From contig CAWGHO010000002.1 in the NCBI GenBank assembly GCA_963822445.1, forward strand, positions 1,920,001 to 1,984,000: a DNA stretch of 64,000 nt. Reading direction: 5' to 3'. Origin of the DNA: an uncultured Acidobacteriota bacterium (GTDB lineage: Bacteria > Acidobacteriota > Thermoanaerobaculia > Gp7-AA8). The notes under the pieces are model-generated. The model saw nothing but the letters and a program-made list of their open reading frames with translations, did not search any database and had not been told where the DNA came from. Positions 59,133 to 64,000 of the stretch are shown piece after piece. The position numbers were made by a program, and so were the translations under genes. The stretch's first letter is position 1; each line of letters opens with the position of its first letter.

Positions 59133-59831
59133 ATGTTGAAGATCGGCGACCTGGCCTCGCGCAGCGGTGTATCGATCCGGACGCTGCATCACTACGACGA
59201 GATCGGGCTGCTCTCACCGTCGGACCGGACCGAATCAGGACACCGCCTGTACGGCCGTGAGGAGGTCGTCCGTCTGCAGCAGATCGTCTCGCTGCGGCAG
59301 ATGGGCTTCGCTCTCGATCAGATACGGGACCTGCTCGATCGCCGCGGCGTGGAGCCGCGTCAGGTGATCGAGCTTCACATCGCGCGGCTGAGAGAACAGA
59401 TCGCGACGCAGCAGCAGCTCATCGACCGTCTGGAAAGCCTCGCCGCGCACTGCGAGTCGGCCGGCGCCGACGAGTACCTCAAAACCATGGAGATGATGAT
59501 CATGTTCGAAAAGTACTACTCCAGAGAACAGCTCGAGACGCTGGCGAAGCGCCGGGAGATGCTCGGTGAAGACAAGATGCGCGAGGTGCAGGAAGAGTGG
59601 CCGCGGCTCATCGCTTCGGTGCGTGCGGAGCTGGACCGCGGTACCGATCCGAAAGATCCGCGTGTGCAGGCACTGGCGCAGCGGTGGAAGGAGCTCATCG
59701 AGATGTTCACCGGCGGCGATCCCGGGATCGCGCAGTCACTGGCGAGCTTCTACCGCGGCGAGCCGCAGTTCGCCGCGGAGCAGGGTTTGGGCGGCGGCGT
59801 CTCGGAGTATGTGAAGAAAGCGCTCACCTGA
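59133..59831 (+). CDS. MerR family regulator with TipAS-like C-terminal domain
   Basis: IGDLA..GVSIRTLHHYDEIGLL, GHRLY, DPRVQALAQRW. Confidence 0.9.
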   Translation: MLKIGDLASRSGVSIRTLHHYDEIGLLSPSDRTESGHRLYGREEVVRLQQIVSLRQMGFALDQIRDLLDRRGVEPRQVIELHIARLREQIATQQQLIDRLESLAAHCESAGADEYLKTMEMMIMFEKYYSREQLETLAKRREMLGEDKMREVQEEWPRLIASVRAELDRGTDPKDPRVQALAQRWKELIEMFTGGDPGIAQSLASFYRGEPQFAAEQGLGGGVSEYVKKALT

Positions 59832-59834
59832 TTG

Positions 59835-60695
59835 ATGATCACCGGCCGCTTCGCCCCTTCGCCAACAGGTCCGCTGCACCTCGGCAGCCTCGTCGCCGCG
59901 GTCGGATCATGCCTTTACGCGAAGCGGGTGGGCGGCCGGTGGCTCGTGCGGATGGAGGACATCGACACGCCGCGCGTCATTCCGGGATCGGCGGAGGAGA
60001 TTCTCTCCGCGCTGGAGCGGTACGGATTGGAATCCGATGGCGAGATCGTCTGGCAGTCGCGGCGGACGAAGCTCTACGAGGAGGCGCTGGCGACGCTCCG
60101 TGCGCGCGGCCTGGTCTACGACTGCGCCTGCTCCCGCGCCGATCTGCAACGCGCCGCCTCCGCGCCGCTGGGACGCGAGCCTGTGTATCCCGGAACGTGC
60201 CGTGACGGTCTGGCGCCGGGGAGAGTCGCGCGAGCCATTCGCTTTCGTGCACCGGACGAGGTCATCGGATTCGACGACCCGCTCCGCGGTCGCGTCGAGG
60301 AGAACGTCGCCGAGAGCACGGGAGACTTCGTCGTGCGTCGCGCGGACGGACTGTTCGCGTATCAGCTCGCGGTCGTGGTCGATGATGCCGAACAGGGCGT
60401 CACCCAGGTCGTGCGCGGTGCGGATTTGCTGACCTCGACGCCGCGTCAGATCGCGCTGCAACGCGCGCTCGATTTCCCGACGCCCGAGTACGCGCATCTG
60501 CCGCTGGTGACCAATGCAGACGGCTCGAAACTGGGGAAGCGCGATGGCGCACTGCCGTTGCCGTCGCTTGACGAACAGCGCATCGCGGAGACACTCGCGC
60601 TGGCGTTGCGGCATCTCGGAATCGACGCCGCTCCAGGTCCGGCCCGCAACATGCTACAAGCCGCGCTGCATGACTTACGACATCCGAAACAATGA
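59835..60695 (+). CDS. gluQ: glutamyl-Q tRNA(Asp) synthetase
   Basis: GRFAPSPTGPLHLGS, CACSR, YQLAVVVDD, KLGKR; no anticodon domain. Confidence 0.9.
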   Translation: MITGRFAPSPTGPLHLGSLVAAVGSCLYAKRVGGRWLVRMEDIDTPRVIPGSAEEILSALERYGLESDGEIVWQSRRTKLYEEALATLRARGLVYDCACSRADLQRAASAPLGREPVYPGTCRDGLAPGRVARAIRFRAPDEVIGFDDPLRGRVEENVAESTGDFVVRRADGLFAYQLAVVVDDAEQGVTQVVRGADLLTSTPRQIALQRALDFPTPEYAHLPLVTNADGSKLGKRDGALPLPSLDEQRIAETLALALRHLGIDAAPGPARNMLQAALHDLRHPKQ

Positions 60696-60948
60696 AGAGA
60701 AGTCGCGGTTCGAGACGACGATCGACGGCAAGACCGCGTTCTCCGCATACAACCGCGCGGGTGACACCGTCACCTTCACCCACACCGAAGTTCCTCCCGA
60801 GTTGGAAGGAAAAGGCATCGCCGGCGCGATCGTGAAGCACGCGCTCGAAGACGCGCGCTCGAACAAGCTCGGCGTCGTCGCGGCCTGCGCGTACGTCGCG
60901 ACATACGTTCGGAGGCATCCGGAGTATGAGGATTTGCTGAAAGGCTGA
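60670..60948 (+). CDS. YjdJ-like GNAT acetyltransferase
   Basis: THTEVPPELEGKGIA, CAYV. Confidence 0.85.
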   Translation: MTYDIRNNEEKSRFETTIDGKTAFSAYNRAGDTVTFTHTEVPPELEGKGIAGAIVKHALEDARSNKLGVVAACAYVATYVRRHPEYEDLLKG

Positions 60949-60963
60949 ACGATAATCCGCGCC

Positions 60964-62634
60964 ATGCAACTGGCGCTGATCGCAGTCGTCTTCCTCACCC
61001 TGATCGCGGTCGCGTACCGCGTGTACGGAGGCTGGGTGGCCCGCCTCGTCGGCCTCGATGCCGCGGCGACGACACCCGCGCACGAGAAGGAAGACGGCGT
61101 CGACTTCGTTCCGACGAAGCCGTTCTACCTCTTCGGGCAGCACTTCGCCGCGATCGCGGCGGCCGGCCCGATCGCCGGCCCGATCATCGCCTGCCAGGCC
61201 TTCGGCTGGCTTCCCTGTCTTCTCTGGATCGGCCTCGGCGTCGTCCTGATCGGCGCCGTGCACGACTTCATGGCCCTGGCCGCGTCCGTGCGGCACGGCG
61301 CACGCTCGATCGCCGACATCACCCGCGATCACCTCGGCGCAAAGGCCGGCATCGCCATGATGGCCTTCATCTGGCTCGCGCTCGTCTACGTGATCGTCGC
61401 CTTCGCCGACATCACCGCCTCGAGCTTCGTCACCGGCACGGACGAACTGGCCGCCGCCGCGACGACCTTCCATCCCGGCGGCGCGGTCGCGGCGGCGAGC
61501 ATCTTTTATCTACTGCTGGCCGTGGTCATGGGCCTCGTCCAGCGCTTCCTCCATCCGCCGCTGTGGCTCATCACCGTGATCTTCGTTCCCGCGACGTTCG
61601 GCATGGTCTGGCTCGGAACGCAGGTCTCGACGTACTTCGTGATGGATGCGAAATGGTGGGCTCTGCTCATCCTCGCGTATTGCTGCGTTGCGTCGATGGT
61701 TCCGGTCTGGTCGCTGCTCCAGCCTCGCGGCTACCTCGGCGGCTTCGTTCTCTACTTCGCGCTTGCGCTCGGTGTCATCGGCATCTTCTTCGGCGGCTAC
61801 GAGATCAAGCAGGCGGCATTCAAAGGGTGGAATGGCGGCGCGACGGGGATGCTCTTCCCCTTCCTCTTCGTGACCATCGCCTGTGGCGCGTGCTCCGGGT
61901 TCCACGGGCTGGTCTGCTCGGGAACGACGTCGAAACAGATCGATCGCGAGACGCACATCAAGCCGGTGGGATATGGCGGGATGCTGGCCGAGGCTTTCGT
62001 GGCTTTGATTGCGATGGTGACGGTGATGATCGTCGCGCAGGGCGACCTGACCGGATTGAAACCAGGCACGATCTACGGCAACGGCATCGGCAACTTCCTG
62101 ACGATGATCATCGGCGAGAAGTACCGCAACTTCGCGATCACGTTCGGGGCGATGGCCTTCTCGACGTTCGTCTTCGACACGGTCGACGTTTCCACGCGGC
62201 TCGGGCGCTACATCGTGCAGGAGCTCTTCCGCTGGCAGACGCGATTCGGCGCCTGGGTGGGCACGTTTCTCACCGTGGCTCTGCCCGTTTACTTCGTTGC
62301 CTTCGCGCCTGCCGGCACCTGGGTGAAGTTCTGGACGCTCTTCGGCGCCTCGAATCAGCTTCTGGCCGCGCTGACCCTGCTCGCGATCAGCGTCTGGCTG
62401 CATCAGCGCCGGCAGCGGGTCGCATTCACGCTCATCCCGATGGCCTTCGTGCTCATCACCACGCTCTACGCCCTGGTCCGGCTCACCGGCGCGAGCTTCG
62501 CTACCGCCGCAAAGGATCCCGTGGCCATGGTCAACGGCATCACCTCGGCGTCGCTGATCCTGCTGGCGCTGTACCTGGTGTTCCGGGCCATCGTGCGGAT
62601 CAGGGCGGAGAAGGTCATTCCGGTGGCGGCATAA
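60964..62634 (+). CDS. cstA: carbon starvation protein A family transporter
   Basis: DGVDFVPT, HFAAIAAAGPIAGP, TIACGACSGFH, FGASNQLLA. Confidence 0.9.
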   Translation: MQLALIAVVFLTLIAVAYRVYGGWVARLVGLDAAATTPAHEKEDGVDFVPTKPFYLFGQHFAAIAAAGPIAGPIIACQAFGWLPCLLWIGLGVVLIGAVHDFMALAASVRHGARSIADITRDHLGAKAGIAMMAFIWLALVYVIVAFADITASSFVTGTDELAAAATTFHPGGAVAAASIFYLLLAVVMGLVQRFLHPPLWLITVIFVPATFGMVWLGTQVSTYFVMDAKWWALLILAYCCVASMVPVWSLLQPRGYLGGFVLYFALALGVIGIFFGGYEIKQAAFKGWNGGATGMLFPFLFVTIACGACSGFHGLVCSGTTSKQIDRETHIKPVGYGGMLAEAFVALIAMVTVMIVAQGDLTGLKPGTIYGNGIGNFLTMIIGEKYRNFAITFGAMAFSTFVFDTVDVSTRLGRYIVQELFRWQTRFGAWVGTFLTVALPVYFVAFAPAGTWVKFWTLFGASNQLLAALTLLAISVWLHQRRQRVAFTLIPMAFVLITTLYALVRLTGASFATAAKDPVAMVNGITSASLILLALYLVFRAIVRIRAEKVIPVAA

Positions 62635-62669
62635 GCCGACCACGAGCCTCTGACAACACGCTGCGGGCC

Positions 62670-63329
62670 GTGCCCGCCGTCGGGGCGCTCGTCGGCCACT
62701 TCAGCTCGGGCTCGTTCCCATACTGCTCCGGCACGCTGATCTCGCCGACCGTCTTCCTGACCGCCGCGCATTGCGACATCGGCCGGTCGACCGTTTACGT
62801 CACCTTCGATTCCGTGTTCGGCGCGAATTCGAAACTCGTCTCCGGAACGTTCTACGGCGACCCGCTTTACAACTGGGCGCAGGACGATCCGCACGACATC
62901 GCCGTGGTCGTCTTCGACCAGCCGGTCAAGGGCATCACTCCGGCGGCGCTGCCCACCGCGGGCTCGCTCGGATCGCTGAAGGTCAACCAGCAGTTCACCG
63001 CGGTCGGATACGGATCGCAGGAAGCGGTCAACCAGCCGGGCGGCCCTGTCAACGCCTACTACGACATCCGTGAGTACTCGATCTCGTCGCTGAACGCGAT
63101 CAACCCGGCGTGGCTGCGGTTGTCGCAGAATCCGGCGACGGGCGACGGCGGAACCTGCTACGGCGATTCCGGCGGCCCGAACTTCCTCGGCGCCGGCAAG
63201 ACCGAAACGAACATCGTCGCCGGGACGACCATCACCGGCGACATGTTCTGCAAGGCGACGAACGTGGTCTACCGGACCGATACCGAGTCCGCGCGCTCGT
63301 TCCTGTCCCGTTTCGTGACCCTGCCGTAG
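62670..63329 (+). pseudogene. trypsin-like (S1) serine protease, 5'-truncated
   Basis: CSGTLISP..LTAAHC, DIAVV, GDSGGP intact; no signal peptide or clear start. Confidence 0.6.
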
Positions 63330-63333
63330 CGCT

Positions 63334-63789
63334 TCAGAATCGAAGCCCGATCGTCACCGCGAAATCATCCGAATCGCTGTCGTCGTCTTCGAGCGTCCGG
63401 AAGTACTTGAGCTGCGCATACGGCTTCAGGGACCCGAGCTCGAAGGCGACGCCGCCGATCAGGTTTCCAACGAGGTCCGTCGTTTCGCCGCCGACGTCGG
63501 TGTCGACGTAAATCAGACCAAGGCCGGCGCCGACGTAGGGAACGATGGTGCTGAACTTCCCGATGTCGATGGTCACGTCGAGGTTCGCGCTTCCCGCGGT
63601 GATGTCGTCCTCGAGGCTGTACTCGATGTTCGGATTGATGTTGAGCGCTCCGGTGTCGAAGAGCACCTCCGCGCCGATGAACTCCTGGTCCGCGTCGCGA
63701 TACTGACCGGCCCGGATCCCGAAATCGGCAGCGAGCGCGGCCGGTGCGAGGAGGAGGATTGCCATGAGAGTGAATTTGCGCATCTTCAT
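63334..63789 (-). CDS. outer-membrane beta-barrel protein
   Basis: Signal peptide, PYVGAGLG, terminal GLRF. Confidence 0.8.
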   Translation of the reverse strand: MKMRKFTLMAILLLAPAALAADFGIRAGQYRDADQEFIGAEVLFDTGALNINPNIEYSLEDDITAGSANLDVTIDIGKFSTIVPYVGAGLGLIYVDTDVGGETTDLVGNLIGGVAFELGSLKPYAQLKYFRTLEDDDSDSDDFAVTIGLRF

Positions 63790-63901
63790 GAAAAGGCGGG
63801 CTGTGCAGGAGTGATTCCAGTCGCACGCGGGCGCTGGCGTTTGACGTGCATCCAGAAATCAGCACAGAATCCATCCGGATTACTGAATAGCGAGAGGTTT
63901 G

Positions 63902-64000
63902 ATGATGGCGACGACGAAATCTGCATCCAAGGGCGGCGGTAAGGGTTTAGCGGCCGAAGTGACTCCGAGCTCGGAGCTCTCCGCGATCATCGGCAGCACT
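63902..64000 (+). CDS. SWIB/MDM2-like domain protein (3' partial)
   Basis: MMATTKSASKGGGKGLAAEVTPSSELSAIIGS; SD GAGG; upstream TTGACG-18 nt-CAGAAT. Confidence 0.6.
   Translation, partial: MMATTKSASKGGGKGLAAEVTPSSELSAIIGST

Noticed and set aside
59846-59863. Nucleotide repeat shared with gltX near 995-1011
   Set aside because: Reflects the conserved RFAPSP motif of the paralogs gltX and gluQ, not an att site.
61563-63329. 588-aa ORF as a real protease fusion
   Set aside because: The N-terminal part is an alternate frame of cstA; only the last 220 or so codons are protease-like.

Overview
GC-rich bacterial chromosomal window, most likely Acidobacteriota (inferred from the 8-Cys RpoB insertion, Oar-type TonB receptor and repeat families). 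1-17.1 kb is core: ispD-ispF-gltX-pyrD-rlmB, tRNA-Thr/Tyr/Gly/Thr, rpmG, tRNA-Trp, secE-nusG-rplKAJL-rpoB-[small CxxC ORF]-rpoC. tuf and rpsL are not at their usual neighbouring positions. Downstream of rpoC lies an accessory tract: cassette-like small genes ending in a truncated integron attC site fused to a degenerate second copy of the rpoC 3' end (19.65-19.81 kb), a compositionally distinct four-gene operon (membrane protein, Na+/solute symporter, ICMT-type methyltransferase, FcoT-like hotdog protein) and many small stress/membrane genes. The rest is mixed housekeeping (M1 aminopeptidase, HipA-like/DUF3037 pair, solA operon, TonB receptor, HU, OPT, glgP, TipA-like MerR, gluQ, cstA). Single-base frameshifts in secE, rpoB, OPT and glgP look like sequencing errors. 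No CRISPR array, rRNA, integrase or transposase was seen. All family calls come from motif recognition by eye, not from database searches.
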